Source: Chloroflexota bacterium
GTDB lineage: Bacteria > Chloroflexota > Dehalococcoidia > UBA2247 > JAUWOP01
Assembly: GCA_030612045.1 (NCBI GenBank)
Contig: JAUWOP010000001.1
Span: forward strand, 26,767 to 90,766
Direction: 5' to 3'
Length of the DNA stretch: 64,000 nt
Shown here: positions 37,376 to 48,116 of the stretch, in pieces
Position numbering within the stretch: position 1 is the first letter of the stretch
Layout of the letters: each line of letters begins with the position of its first letter
Program-made: the position numbers and the translations under genes
Notes under the pieces: model-generated
Databases searched by the model: none
What the model saw: only the letters and a program-made list of their open reading frames with translations
Told to the model about the DNA's origin: nothing

Positions 37376-37383
37376 TTATCATT

Positions 37384-38052
37384 ATGGGAAACAGGGATAA
37401 GCTTCTTCTCCTCAGTAGTGGATTTGTCATTTCCCTGGCTACGGCAAATATTCTGGCGGTCAAGCTTGTCTCGGTGGGAGGCTTAACACTGCCGGCAGGT
37501 GTGATTGCCTATCCTCTCACCTTTTTATTTTCTGATGTCATCGCGGAGGTGTGGGGGAAGAAGACTGCCCGGACAGTAGTCTGGATTGGGTTCGCTACTA
37601 ACCTGTTAATGTTGTTGCTGCTCTATGTAGGCAAGGTGCTCCCCCCTGACCCATTATGGCATAACCAGGAGTCCTATGAGGCAATCTTGGGAGCAGTGCC
37701 CCGTATTGTAGCTGCATCATTGGTCGCTTATCTCATAGCACAGCATCATGATGTGTGGGCATTCCACTTCTGGAAAGCCAAAACAGGAAGCCGCTTTCTG
37801 TGGCTGAGGAATAATGCCTCTACGCTGGTCTCCCAGGGACTGGATACTGTCATCTTCATCGCCCTGGCATTCTATGCAGTAGTGCCCCTCGAGATGGTTC
37901 TGAACATGATGTGGGCTCAGTATGTAGTAAAACTCCTCTTTGCTCTGGCAGACACTCCCTTTTGCTACCTTCTGGTGGGATGGGCAAGGGGACATATTAG
38001 AAACACCGGTTCTCAACAAGGGGTGGCATTAAATACAGTTGAGAATCCCTGA
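37384..38052 (+). CDS. Queuosine-precursor transporter family membrane protein (YhhQ/DUF165)
   Basis: ...GFVISLATANILAVKLVSVGGLTLPAGVIAYPLTFLFSDVIAEVWGKK... is typical YhhQ. Confidence 0.7.
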   Translation: MGNRDKLLLLSSGFVISLATANILAVKLVSVGGLTLPAGVIAYPLTFLFSDVIAEVWGKKTARTVVWIGFATNLLMLLLLYVGKVLPPDPLWHNQESYEAILGAVPRIVAASLVAYLIAQHHDVWAFHFWKAKTGSRFLWLRNNASTLVSQGLDTVIFIALAFYAVVPLEMVLNMMWAQYVVKLLFALADTPFCYLLVGWARGHIRNTGSQQGVALNTVENP

Positions 38053-38094
38053 ATTTCTACCCTTCATTCTCTCTATGGTGAACATTCTTGAGCT

Positions 38095-38598
38095 ATGGAA
38101 TTGAGATTTATCGCCGACAGTAATGTAGGAAAACTTGCCAAGTGGCTAAGATTGATGGGCTATGACACCTTGTTCTTCAAAGATGTTGACGATAACCTTC
38201 TTATTGAGATTGCCCTGAATGAAGGGAGAATACTCCTGACCAGGGATACCCGCCTTGTTCAAAGACGGGTAGTCACTGGCGTGAGTGTTGCAAAACATGG
38301 AACTCTGAAGGCAATTCTACTTCAGGAAGATAACCCGAAGTTGCAATTGCGCCAGGTAGTAAAAGAACTTAACCTTGAATTGTATGCTGCCCCGTTCACC
38401 CGCTGCATGGAGTGTAATTGCTCTCTGACCCCACGGCACAAGGATGAGGTGCGCAAACTTGTTCCACCTTATGTATTCCGTACACAAAGCCAGTTTATGC
38501 AGTGTGAGGGCTGCAATCGAATTTACTGGAGAGGAACTCATTGGCAGAGGATGCATGAAGAGCTACAGAAGTTGATAGAAGAACAGAACACTGAATAG
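38095..38598 (+). CDS. Mut7-C RNase domain (DUF82) protein with C-terminal zinc ribbon
   Basis: LRFIADSNVGKLAKWLRLMGYDT...LLTRDTRL PIN-like N-terminus and CMECN...CEGCN zinc ribbon. Confidence 0.65.
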   Translation: MELRFIADSNVGKLAKWLRLMGYDTLFFKDVDDNLLIEIALNEGRILLTRDTRLVQRRVVTGVSVAKHGTLKAILLQEDNPKLQLRQVVKELNLELYAAPFTRCMECNCSLTPRHKDEVRKLVPPYVFRTQSQFMQCEGCNRIYWRGTHWQRMHEELQKLIEEQNTE

Positions 38599-38670
38599 CC
38601 ATAATACCTGTGGAAAAAGCATAAGGGAAAGCACCCTTCAGCTATCCAGTAGTAACAGGGTATGTGGTTA

Positions 38671-39129
38671 TTACTTACTATCCAGCATAATAGTAACAGG
38701 GCCATCATTGTAGATTTCTACCAGCATATGTTGTTGGAATCTGCCTGTTTCTACCCTTAGACCACTCCTTCGCAGTACCTCAACAAACCGCTCAAGGAGA
38801 GGCTCAGCTTCATCAGGTGGTGCTGCTGCCATAAAGCTGGGACGCCGTCCCTTTCGTGTATCTGCCAGGAGAGTAAACTGACTTACCACTAGCAGCCCAC
38901 CACCTACATCACGCACTGAGAGATTGAACCTGCCCTGTTCATCGGAGAAAATACGGAGGTTTATAATTTTGTCTGCCAGGTATTTTATATCTTGCTCAGT
39001 ATCCCCCCTGGCTATGCCAACAAATACTACTAAACCTGTGCCAATCTTACCTGCAATTATGCCATTTTTGGTAGTACTCACACTAACACCCACAGCAGCA
39101 TGGGTGACCCGTTGTAGCAATACCTTCAT
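38671..39129 (-). CDS. dtd: D-aminoacyl-tRNA deacylase
   Basis: MKVLLQRV...SQFTLLADTRKGRRPSF...NDGPVT are Dtd signature motifs. Confidence 0.85.
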   Translation of the reverse strand: MKVLLQRVTHAAVGVSVSTTKNGIIAGKIGTGLVVFVGIARGDTEQDIKYLADKIINLRIFSDEQGRFNLSVRDVGGGLLVVSQFTLLADTRKGRRPSFMAAAPPDEAEPLLERFVEVLRRSGLRVETGRFQQHMLVEIYNDGPVTIMLDSK

Positions 39130-39899
39130 TAAATCTCAAAGACATCCATTATGGTCTTATTGCTTATAGCAAAACCCATATTGTCAGCATCCTTGATTAT
39201 GGCATCGTTTATACCTACTATTAGAGCATGTTCACCATCTTCGGTAAGGCTTAGTCCTACTAGCGGTCCCCCGCTGTTACCTGGGTTGAGAGGAGCACTA
39301 GTCTGGATTATATCTGTGAACGTGTGCCCATCTACACCAATAGAACGATTTGTAGCACTTATAATCCCCTGAGATACTGTGGGGGAACCCGGAATATTAT
39401 AGGCATACCCTATTGCCAACACCCACTGACCCACACCCACGCTCTCAGGTGGAGCAATCTCCACATAAGGAAGAGGGTCTTTGGCATTAATCTTTACCAC
39501 TGCCAGGTCTACATCGGGGTAACACCATACCTTGGCATTAGAGAAGGAGCCTACATCTGGAACATCGACTTTGATGTCCGAAGCATTCTCTACCACATGG
39601 TTACAAGTAAGAATATAACCGTCAGCAGTATAGATTACTCCTGAGCCACACTTACCTTCACTGCCATCCTCACTAGTAGTAATGCGTACTACTGTTGGTA
39701 AAGCCTTCTCCAACGCAAGAATAAAATTGGGCAAGGGTGGCTTTTCATCTTGGCAAACAGTAGGCGATGCTGGCACAGAATCACCCCCCCCCATCCCCCA
39801 CTGGAAAAAGGGAGATATAAGGCAGGATGGGAAGACTAAACATGCCACTACGAAGAGCATGAGAACAATAATAAGAAATCCATGCTTCAATCTCATCAT
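39129..39899 (-). CDS. Secreted trypsin-like (S1) serine protease without a PDZ domain; contains a G9 homopolymer in the mature N-terminus
   Basis: Signal peptide, TCNHVV (His), DLAV (Asp), GNSGGPL (Ser). The G9 run (plus strand C9 at 39784-39792) encodes GMGGGDS. Confidence 0.8.
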   Translation of the reverse strand: MMRLKHGFLIIVLMLFVVACLVFPSCLISPFFQWGMGGGDSVPASPTVCQDEKPPLPNFILALEKALPTVVRITTSEDGSEGKCGSGVIYTADGYILTCNHVVENASDIKVDVPDVGSFSNAKVWCYPDVDLAVVKINAKDPLPYVEIAPPESVGVGQWVLAIGYAYNIPGSPTVSQGIISATNRSIGVDGHTFTDIIQTSAPLNPGNSGGPLVGLSLTEDGEHALIVGINDAIIKDADNMGFAISNKTIMDVFEI

Positions 39900-39962
39900 A
39901 CTCTCTATCTTACCACTATGCTCTACTTTATCTCTACAGTAACTTGACGATGTTACATTTCC

Positions 39963-40165
39963 ATGTCATTACGAGCATCTGACCCCGCCGCTACGCTGAG
40001 CGGGTTATATCAGAAAGAAGTTTTGAGTTTCTTAGGAGGAGCGTGAGCGACGAAGCAATCTCGGAAACAACAGTAAAGTGGATGGCTATGAGATTAGCTT
40101 GCGTCTTCGCCTTCGGCTCGCAATGACGGGTGGAGTTTCATCACCCGCAACCTAATTTAACATTG
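39963..40165. repeat. Family A long-form composite element, copy A4
   Basis: catgtcattacgagc + module cccgccgctacgctgagcggg...cttaggagga + gcgacgaagcaatctc ... gagattagcttgcgtcttcgccttcggctcgcaatgac + gggtggagtttcatcacccgcaacctaatttaacattg. Same architecture as 52224-52497. Confidence 0.7.
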
Positions 40166-40217
40166 CCAAGGTAAACTTTATCGACCATCTGGCATCGTTT
40201 TAGAATTTAAAAGAATC

Positions 40218-40928
40218 TTATTCACAACAGCACCAGTCAGTTTTACCTAGCTTCTCTAGTGCATGCTGTGCTGCAGCCTTCTCTGCTTCTCGCTTACTCT
40301 TACCACAGCCTCTCCCCATTACTACCCCACACACACTTACCTCTATAAGAAACCTCTTATCATGGTCTGGACCCTTAGCACTCACTGTATGATAGACAGG
40401 CGCCTTCCTCTCCCTTGACTGGACAACTTCCTGAAGTTTTGACTTAGGGTCATCAAGAATTCCTTCCTCCACTACTTTCCTAATCTTATCATCTAGAAGC
40501 CGCCGTACTACCTCAGCGCTGGCAGAACTGCCCTGGTCAATAAGTAATGCCCCCACAAATGCCTCTAATGTGGAGGCAAGATTTCTTGGTTTACTACACC
40601 CTCCGCTTTTTTGCTCTCCTTGCCCCAGATATAAGTAATCCCCCAAGTTGAGAGAGGATGCTAGTGCTGCGAGGTGATTCTTATCCACCACCAATGACCG
40701 AGCTTTGGTCATCGTTCCCTCATTCAGGTCACCTGAATACTTGTACAGTAATTCCGCTACCACAAATCCCAGAAAAGCATCCCCGAGGAATTCCAATCGC
40801 TCATTAGAACTCAGCATGGCATCCGGATTCTCATTGCAGAAAGAGCAATGGACGAAAGCCTGGTGTAATAGAGAAGGATTATTGAAGGTGACACCAATAC
40901 TCTTCTGTAATTCAACCCAATCTGCCAT
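40218..40928 (-). CDS. rnc: Ribonuclease III
   Basis: ERLEFLGDAFLGFVVAELLY RNase III signature and a C-terminal dsRBD. Confidence 0.9.
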   Translation of the reverse strand: MADWVELQKSIGVTFNNPSLLHQAFVHCSFCNENPDAMLSSNERLEFLGDAFLGFVVAELLYKYSGDLNEGTMTKARSLVVDKNHLAALASSLNLGDYLYLGQGEQKSGGCSKPRNLASTLEAFVGALLIDQGSSASAEVVRRLLDDKIRKVVEEGILDDPKSKLQEVVQSRERKAPVYHTVSAKGPDHDKRFLIEVSVCGVVMGRGCGKSKREAEKAAAQHALEKLGKTDWCCCE

Positions 40929-41131
40929 AACGCTAACACCTCCTGTATGCTACTATCCCATCACCGCTCCTAAAGCGTATCGCTCTCACCCTGATTTGTC
41001 AATCAAATCTTCCTTACTGCCTGTAAAATTGACAGGAGTTCATGAATCCTTCCAGTTGCATATGCTCTTACTCCACTGATATAATATATACGGCTAGCTA
41101 CAAGTTGTATGGCATTAGAATCTAGTTAATT

Positions 41132-43588
41132 ATGTATAACCCCCAGGAAATTGAAAAGAAGTGGCAAGGGAAATGGGCTGAGGATAGGCTCTATTCGGTT
41201 AAGAATGATGACCCCCGCCCCAAATGGTATGCTCTCACGATGTTCCCCTATACTTCTGGTAACCTCCACATAGGGCATTGGTATGCCCTGGCACCGGCTG
41301 ATGTTCATGCTCGATTTAAACGGATGCAGGGCTATAATGTGCTCCATCCCATAGGATTTGATGCCTTTGGGCTACCGGCAGAGAATGCCGCTATAAAACA
41401 AGGAATCCATCCTTATACCTGGACGATGCAGAATATCGAAAATATGCGCCGCCAGCTAAAAAGCATTGGGGCTATCTACGATTGGGAGCGAGAGGTCATC
41501 ACCTGTGCCCCTGAATACTATAAATGGACACAGTGGTTCTTCCTTAAGTTATACGAGGCAGGACTGGCCTACCGGGCTAAGGCTCCGGTTAACTGGTGTC
41601 CACAATGCCAGACAGTTCTGGCAAATGAACAGGTGGTGGGAGAGGGTAGGTGTGAACGGTGTAGCTCTATAGTAAGTAAGAAAGATATGGAACAGTGGTT
41701 CTTTCGTATCACCGAATATGCTGAGGAGATGTTGAAGCATGGTAAAATTCAGTGGCCGGAGCGCATAAACTTACTCCAGAAAAATTGGATTGGTAGAAGT
41801 GAGGGGATAGAGATTTTCTTTGCTTTGGACCACCCTTGTGTAGAGGAGAAGGAACTTCGTGTATTTACTACCCGCCCCGATACTATCTACGGGGTAACCT
41901 TTATCGTACTCGCCCCAGAACATCCCCTGGTAGAGAAACTCACTTCTTCAGAGTGCCGCCCAGCAGTAGAGGAGTATGTCGCCCAGACACGACTCCAGAC
42001 AGAGATTGAGCGTCTCTCCACTGAGAAAGAGAAGAGTGGGGTATTCATTGGTGCCTATGCTATTAATCAGCTCAGTAGAGAAAAAATACCTTTGTGGGTT
42101 GCTGATTATGCTCTTCTTAGCTACGGTACAGGAGTGGTGATGGGTGTTCCCGCTCATGACGCTAGGGACTTTGACTTCGCTAAAAAGTATAGTTTACCGA
42201 TAAGGGTAGTTATTGCTCCGCCTGATTGGGGGGGTGAAGAATTAGAGAGTGCATATGTTGGGCTCGGCGTTATGGGCAACTCTGGTCAATTTGATGGACT
42301 CCTTAGTGATAAGGGGTTAGAGGCAATCGCTGATTTCGTAGTAGAGCAGGGATATGGGAAGCGGACGGTGCACTATCATCTACATGATTGGTTAATTTCT
42401 CGGCAGCGATATTGGGGGGCACCAATTCCCATCATCTACTGTAAGCGATGTGGTACCATACCTATTCCCGAGGAGGAGCTACCGGTGCTCCTTCCACCTG
42501 ATGCTGAATTCAGACCTACCGGTGAATCACCACTCAGGTATTGTGATTCCTTTATTCATACCAAGTGCCCGCGGTGTAATGCCCCTGCTTTACGTGAGAC
42601 TGATACTATGGATACCTTTATGTGTTCCTCGTGGTACTTTCTGCGCTATGCCTCACCACACTTCCAAGAGGGACCCTTTGACCCAGAACAGTTAAGACAC
42701 TGGTTGCCTGTAGACCAATACATGGGTGGTGCAGAGCACGCCGTGATGCATCTACTCTATGCTCGGTTCTTTATCAAGGCAATCCGCGATATCGGACTAG
42801 TAGATTTTGATGAGCCCTTTATCCGTCTCTTCAACCAGGGCACAATAGTGACACAGCACCAGAAGATGAGCAAATCCAGGGGTAACGTAGTTAATCCTGA
42901 CGAGTATGTAGCCAAACTGGGCGCTGATACGGTGCGTGCCTACCTAATGTTTGTAGGACCCTGGGAGCAAGGTGGTGAGTGGAACGACGACGGAATTAGC
43001 GGTATCCACCGCTGGCTCAATCGAGTATGGAAACTCCTGATGGACATTGAAGAGAGAGAGTTTCCTGAGTCTTCTTCAGATTCAGAAGCAGCTAGAGACC
43101 TACAATACCATCTCCATAAGACAATCCGGAAGGTAACCAATGACCTTGAGGGGTTTCGCTTTAATACCATGCTGGCAACTCTAATGGAGTTTACTAACCA
43201 TCTAACTAATATAGCAGTAACAAAATCGGTTGAGCGTGCCTCATGGCATGAAGCTCTCGGGACCTTATTGCTTCTTCTTGCTCCCACGGCACCTCATTTG
43301 GCTGAAGAGTTGTGGGCCGCTAGTGGTCATCCCTACAGCATCCATAATCAGTCATGGCCTACATGGATAGAAGAACTCACCGAGAATGAACAGGTGACCC
43401 TGGTGATTCAGGTAAATGGTAGGTTAAGGGACAAGATACTGGTGCCTTCCTCAATTACCGAGACGGAGGCATGTGAGATGGCACTGAGCAGGGAGAAGAT
43501 AAAGCCTCACCTGGAACGAAAAGAGGTTATAAGGATGGTTTATGTACCTAAACGGTTGGTAAACCTCGTAACAAATCCCATCTGCTAG
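41132..43588 (+). CDS. leuS: Leucine--tRNA ligase (bacterial type)
   Basis: PYTSGNLHIGHWY (HIGH motif), KMSKS, 818 aa. Confidence 0.95.
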   Translation: MYNPQEIEKKWQGKWAEDRLYSVKNDDPRPKWYALTMFPYTSGNLHIGHWYALAPADVHARFKRMQGYNVLHPIGFDAFGLPAENAAIKQGIHPYTWTMQNIENMRRQLKSIGAIYDWEREVITCAPEYYKWTQWFFLKLYEAGLAYRAKAPVNWCPQCQTVLANEQVVGEGRCERCSSIVSKKDMEQWFFRITEYAEEMLKHGKIQWPERINLLQKNWIGRSEGIEIFFALDHPCVEEKELRVFTTRPDTIYGVTFIVLAPEHPLVEKLTSSECRPAVEEYVAQTRLQTEIERLSTEKEKSGVFIGAYAINQLSREKIPLWVADYALLSYGTGVVMGVPAHDARDFDFAKKYSLPIRVVIAPPDWGGEELESAYVGLGVMGNSGQFDGLLSDKGLEAIADFVVEQGYGKRTVHYHLHDWLISRQRYWGAPIPIIYCKRCGTIPIPEEELPVLLPPDAEFRPTGESPLRYCDSFIHTKCPRCNAPALRETDTMDTFMCSSWYFLRYASPHFQEGPFDPEQLRHWLPVDQYMGGAEHAVMHLLYARFFIKAIRDIGLVDFDEPFIRLFNQGTIVTQHQKMSKSRGNVVNPDEYVAKLGADTVRAYLMFVGPWEQGGEWNDDGISGIHRWLNRVWKLLMDIEEREFPESSSDSEAARDLQYHLHKTIRKVTNDLEGFRFNTMLATLMEFTNHLTNIAVTKSVERASWHEALGTLLLLLAPTAPHLAEELWAASGHPYSIHNQSWPTWIEELTENEQVTLVIQVNGRLRDKILVPSSITETEACEMALSREKIKPHLERKEVIRMVYVPKRLVNLVTNPIC

Positions 43589-43629
43589 CTTTCTCTTAGC
43601 CAAGAGGAGATGTAACCCCAATGAATTTA

Positions 43630-44502
43630 CTAAATATCCTGTGCCTTTTCACGCAGACTGGCAATTACCTCTTCTATCACATAATCCGGAGTGGAAGCTC
43701 CTGCAGTAATACCGGTTGTCTCTCGCCTCAGCCAGGAATCCTCTATCTCTGAAGCTACTTCAATGTGATGGGTCTCTACCCCGGCGGCAGTGCATATTTC
43801 AGCAAGTCGTCTAGTATTGGCACTGTTCCTTCCCCCTATTACCAGCATCATATCTACCCTTCTGGCAATTTCTAGAGCAGATTGCTGACGCTTCCAAGTA
43901 GCATCGCATATAGTATTTATAACTTGTAGTTCCCTGAGATTTGGCAGGAGAGCTTCGATAATCTGGCTTACAAAGTGAGCAAACTGAGAACGATTCTGGG
44001 TTGTCTGTGATAGTATTCCCAGTCGAGATGGTAGCTCTTCAGCACAGGTATTACGAAAAAGATTGAGCACTGCTGCACTGTCCATCGTGGCAATTCCCCG
44101 TTCCCCCACCCACCCCAGTATGCCCTTAACCTCGGTGTGATTAGATTCACCGAAGATGACCACCAGGAACTCTCTCTCTGACATCTCGGCAGCAGTTGTT
44201 TGTACCCTCCGTACCATAGGACAAGTAGTATCAATTACCTCTAGACCCCGCTTCTGGGCTTCTTCTATTACTTCTCTACCTGCGCCGTGTGCAGGGATAG
44301 CAATTACCTTACTCCGTACTTGATTCAAGTTCTCTACCACCCTCATACCTTGTCTGGTGAAGGCAGAAACTACTTCCTGATTGTGTACTGTTGGTCCCAG
44401 CGAATCTAGTCCACCATATCGCTGAAGCGCCTCTGCTACAAGCTTCACTGAACGTCTTACACCAAAGCAGAAGCCCATCTCACTGGCTCTTTCTATTCTC
44501 AT
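43630..44502 (-). CDS. ispH: 4-hydroxy-3-methylbut-2-enyl diphosphate reductase
   Basis: MRIERASEMGFCFGVRRSV...GPTVHN... is the LytB N-terminal motif, with conserved cysteines. Confidence 0.85.
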   Translation of the reverse strand: MRIERASEMGFCFGVRRSVKLVAEALQRYGGLDSLGPTVHNQEVVSAFTRQGMRVVENLNQVRSKVIAIPAHGAGREVIEEAQKRGLEVIDTTCPMVRRVQTTAAEMSEREFLVVIFGESNHTEVKGILGWVGERGIATMDSAAVLNLFRNTCAEELPSRLGILSQTTQNRSQFAHFVSQIIEALLPNLRELQVINTICDATWKRQQSALEIARRVDMMLVIGGRNSANTRRLAEICTAAGVETHHIEVASEIEDSWLRRETTGITAGASTPDYVIEEVIASLREKAQDI

Positions 44503-45164
44503 TTACTATCCTCCCTATACACACCACAATAGCTGTCAGGAAGAAGTAAGGCAAGCTGTCTCATGATGTAATCGGTAAGTTCACTCAATTGCCGATGGTT
44601 CGACCTGCCACCAGCATAAGGTAACTTGAAGGGTTCACCGATGTGGATTGTTACTTTGGGTCTACGATGCAGGTTAGTAAATAGGTGGACTCCCCCCCGA
44701 ATCTTTTCACTACCTTCCACTGCCACAGGAAGAATATAGGCATCATTACGCAAGGCAATGAGAGCTACGCCAGGATAGGCACGCTGCAGCCCTCCAGAGA
44801 TACTCCGAGTTCCCTCAGGAAACATACCTAATGCCCATCCCTGCCGCATTCTTTCTCTTACCATACGCATTGCCTCCCTATCAGAATTACCACGACTTAT
44901 CGGGAATGCTCCATAGGCATGCAGCATAGACCTTGCAAAGAAACTCCCGAAAAGTTCCTCTTTAGCCATGAAGGCAATCCTGCGCCGCATACAAAACCCT
45001 ACAAGAAGAGGGTCAAGAGCATGCAGGTGATTGGCAACGACAACAAGCGGACCTTCAGGTATCCCGGGACATGAAGGATTGTCATGTCTCACGACCCGGT
45101 AACAACAGAGGAGGTGAATAAGGACTCTGGCTAATGGCCGGGATGCCTCATAAATCAAGTGCAC
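44499..45164 (-). CDS. plsC: 1-acyl-sn-glycerol-3-phosphate acyltransferase
   Basis: NHLHALD (HxxxxD) and FPEGTRS motifs. Confidence 0.8.
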   Translation of the reverse strand: MHLIYEASRPLARVLIHLLCCYRVVRHDNPSCPGIPEGPLVVVANHLHALDPLLVGFCMRRRIAFMAKEELFGSFFARSMLHAYGAFPISRGNSDREAMRMVRERMRQGWALGMFPEGTRSISGGLQRAYPGVALIALRNDAYILPVAVEGSEKIRGGVHLFTNLHRRPKVTIHIGEPFKLPYAGGRSNHRQLSELTDYIMRQLALLLPDSYCGVYREDSK

Positions 45165-45173
45165 TTTTTAGGC

Positions 45174-45926
45174 TTACCGTCTTTCTACCAAGCTAAGTAT
45201 TAAACCTACTATTTGGCTTACAGTAAGTTCTCCTGTATCTATGATGTGGGCATCTGAAGCAGGATGAAGAGGAGAATAGGAACGATGAGTATCAATCTCG
45301 TCACGCCGTTTCAACTCAGCAAGAACAGTCACATACTTGATACCTTCTGCGGCAGCACGCTCCTGATAGCGGCGGCGTGCCCTTTCTCTCACAGGAGCAT
45401 CAAGGAAGATCTTTAGCTCAGCATGAGGTAAGACAACTGTACCAATGTCGCGCCCCGCCATAACAACCTTGCCTCCCTTGGCAAGCTGTTGCTGTTGAGC
45501 TACCATAGCATGACGCACACCTGCTATCCTTGACACCTGAGATACAAAGGAGTCTACTGATGCAAGGTAAATCTCATGGCTAATATCCTGATGCTCAATG
45601 AAAATAGCAGACTCACACCTATCACCTTTCATATTTTCTGAAGGTGCAGGAAATCCTTCTTCTCTGTAACCTATGGAGGAAAGAATTCCTTCAGACCTCG
45701 AGTAGCATGGAATAACAACCTCAATATTAGCTTCAGAGGCAAGCCGACTTAGTGCTGTTTCATCATTGGAATTTATGCCACGGTACAAGGCAAGCCATGT
45801 CACCGCACGATACATCATACCAGTATCAATAAATCGATACCCCAGCTTCTGTGCTACCAAATTGCCCACTGTGCTCTTACCTACTGCCACAGGACCATCA
45901 ATGGTAATCAGAGAAGGTTTACCCAT
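45174..45926 (-). CDS. cmk: Cytidylate kinase
   Basis: ITIDGPVAVGKSTV P-loop, ...RFIDTGMMYRAVT.... Confidence 0.85.
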   Translation of the reverse strand: MGKPSLITIDGPVAVGKSTVGNLVAQKLGYRFIDTGMMYRAVTWLALYRGINSNDETALSRLASEANIEVVIPCYSRSEGILSSIGYREEGFPAPSENMKGDRCESAIFIEHQDISHEIYLASVDSFVSQVSRIAGVRHAMVAQQQQLAKGGKVVMAGRDIGTVVLPHAELKIFLDAPVRERARRRYQERAAAEGIKYVTVLAELKRRDEIDTHRSYSPLHPASDAHIIDTGELTVSQIVGLILSLVERR

Positions 45927-47046
45927 CTTTCACAACACCTGTGCCTGATGCATCATCGGCTAGATTTTTGATAATGAGCTCACACATTTCCCTTGTTCCT
46001 ACCTGAGTTTTACCTTGCTCCATTATATCATAGGTGCGGTACCCCTGTTCCAAAACCTTGCTTATAGATTTCTCAATCATTTCTGCTTCTTTTTCCAGAG
46101 TGAAGGAGTAGCGAAGCATCATACCACAACTCAGGATAGTAGCTATAGGATTTACCAGATTCTGTCCTGCCCTCCGAGGAACACTGCCATGAATAGGCTC
46201 ATACATACCAAAGGTTTGCTCACCACTCTGAGGTATCCCTGATAAGCTAGCAGAAGCTAACATTCCCATAGAACCTGCCAGCATTGATGCCTCATCAGTG
46301 AGTATATCACCGAACATATTCTCGGTAACAATAGTATCAAAATAGATTGGCTGTCGAATTAGTCTCATAGCGCAGGCATCTACTAGCATGTGGTCCAGCT
46401 CTACATCAGGATATTCCTCAGCTACTTCAGTAACTACCTTGCGCCACAATCGGGAGGATTCCAGGACATTTGCTTTGTCTACCGAGGTTAATTTCCCGCG
46501 TCGTCTCCTCGCCAGTTCAAACCCTACCCTTACTATGCGCTCAATTTCCTGTTCAGAGTATGCCATAGAGTCTATAGCCCGTCTGCCACGATTAGTACGC
46601 CATTGCCTCTTAGGCCTACCAAAATAGACTCCACCGGTGAGTTCACGTACAAACATGAGGTCTACATCCTTAATAATCTGTGGTTTCAGAGTAGTAGAGT
46701 CAGCCAGCACAGGAAGAACCTTTACAGGGCGGAGATTAGCGAAAAGCCCCAGTTCCTTACGCAGTGCCAGGAGTCCATCCTCAGGACGAACTCTAGCCTC
46801 CGGGTTGTCCCATTTGGGACCACCTACCGCTCCCAGAAGTACAGCATCACTTCCATTACACAATTTCAGGGTTTGGGGGGCGAGAGCCACACCAAACTCA
46901 TCAATTGCCGTTCCACCCACCAAATCATAGTGCAGATTAAATTCATGTCCAGACCTCTTCGCAACTACTTTCAAAACCGCAACTCCAGCGGTGATGACCT
47001 CTGGACCTACACCATCACCCGGCAGAACTGTAATATCAAATCTCAT
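45919..47046 (-). CDS. leuB: 3-isopropylmalate dehydrogenase (beta-decarboxylating dehydrogenase family)
   Basis: [14 protein letters not shown]-terminus and family motifs. Adjacent to leuD. Confidence 0.8.
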   Translation of the reverse strand: MRFDITVLPGDGVGPEVITAGVAVLKVVAKRSGHEFNLHYDLVGGTAIDEFGVALAPQTLKLCNGSDAVLLGAVGGPKWDNPEARVRPEDGLLALRKELGLFANLRPVKVLPVLADSTTLKPQIIKDVDLMFVRELTGGVYFGRPKRQWRTNRGRRAIDSMAYSEQEIERIVRVGFELARRRRGKLTSVDKANVLESSRLWRKVVTEVAEEYPDVELDHMLVDACAMRLIRQPIYFDTIVTENMFGDILTDEASMLAGSMGMLASASLSGIPQSGEQTFGMYEPIHGSVPRRAGQNLVNPIATILSCGMMLRYSFTLEKEAEMIEKSISKVLEQGYRTYDIMEQGKTQVGTREMCELIIKNLADDASGTGVVKDG

Positions 47047-47606
47047 TCCGTCTCCTTTTTCGCAATACCTACATCTTTCGCAGCGCTTGCACTTGCTGCA
47101 AGCCTTTTCCTGGTATACTCAATTAACCCTGGTGCTGCCATCAACTCCAGCATGAACTCAGGGTAAGGGAGAGCATAAAATATTCTACTCTCGCTCATAG
47201 CATTCACGCTAGTATAATTCCTAATTTCGCCACTCTCAAGCTCAACCTCCAGAATATCCCCCTCTTCTGTTGCATCAACTGCTGCTTCACATTCTAGAAC
47301 CGGCAGGGCAATGTTGACAGCATTACGGTAGAAGATGCGAGCGAAGCTCTTGGCAATGACACAAGAGATACCTGCCGCCTTGATTGCCAAAGGAGCATGT
47401 TCACGGGAGGAGCCACAACCAAAATTAGTGGTAGCAACAATAATATCACCTGGCTGTACTCGGCTTGTGAACTCAGTATCAATATCCTCCATACAGTGCT
47501 TAGCCAGTTCACCAATGTCAGAGGTATTCAGGTAACGAGCGGGAATAATTACATCCGTATTTACATCAGCGCCATATTTATGAACCCTACCTTTGAGTTT
47601 CAACAA
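47043..47606 (-). CDS. leuD: 3-isopropylmalate / (R)-2-methylmalate dehydratase small subunit (LeuD type 2)
   Basis: [21 protein letters not shown]...[11 protein letters not shown]. Confidence 0.8.
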   Translation of the reverse strand: MLKLKGRVHKYGADVNTDVIIPARYLNTSDIGELAKHCMEDIDTEFTSRVQPGDIIVATTNFGCGSSREHAPLAIKAAGISCVIAKSFARIFYRNAVNIALPVLECEAAVDATEEGDILEVELESGEIRNYTSVNAMSESRIFYALPYPEFMLELMAAPGLIEYTRKRLAASASAAKDVGIAKKETE

Positions 47607-47617
47607 GTGACCTCCTT

Positions 47618-47977
47618 CTATCCCTGAGACTTCCTCATCTTACTATCGATGAATCGTACAAATTTTCCTACCCATTCCATATCCAGACCTTCGTTGAGCT
47701 CAATCATTTTTCTTCTAAGATGGGGAACCTCTTTAAGCTCTCCTGCATTAATAGCATCCTGTATTTGCAGGCATAATACCTTGAGTTCCTCTTCGTCTTC
47801 ATCCCGCTCATCCATTCTGGAGAAGAAGCTATTCTGGTTACATCTAGGACAAGCTCTTACCCTCATACCAGGGCTTGCACTTGTGTATACCGGGTCCATA
47901 TCCCTCTTGAACTCACTCCTTGGACCCTCATAGCCACAGTGCTGGCATCTCATTTTGCTAACCCTCCTTATTCCCAA
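47618..47977 (-). CDS. Hypothetical zinc-ribbon protein (CxxC...CxxC) with acidic linker; the start is probably the internal Met MRCQHCG
   Basis: CQHCGYEG...CPRCNQNS. Confidence 0.4.
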   Translation of the reverse strand: MGIRRVSKMRCQHCGYEGPRSEFKRDMDPVYTSASPGMRVRACPRCNQNSFFSRMDERDEDEEELKVLCLQIQDAINAGELKEVPHLRRKMIELNEGLDMEWVGKFVRFIDSKMRKSQG

Positions 47978-48116
47978 CCATTATTGACAATCATGCCCTG
48001 TAGCATTTATCCTATCTGCTAAGGCATCTCTTCTTGTGACCTTCTAGTTAGAGGGTATTACCAAGTCATATTATAGCGGAAAAGGAGTACCTCAGCCACA
48101 GTTTTTAGATTTAGAT

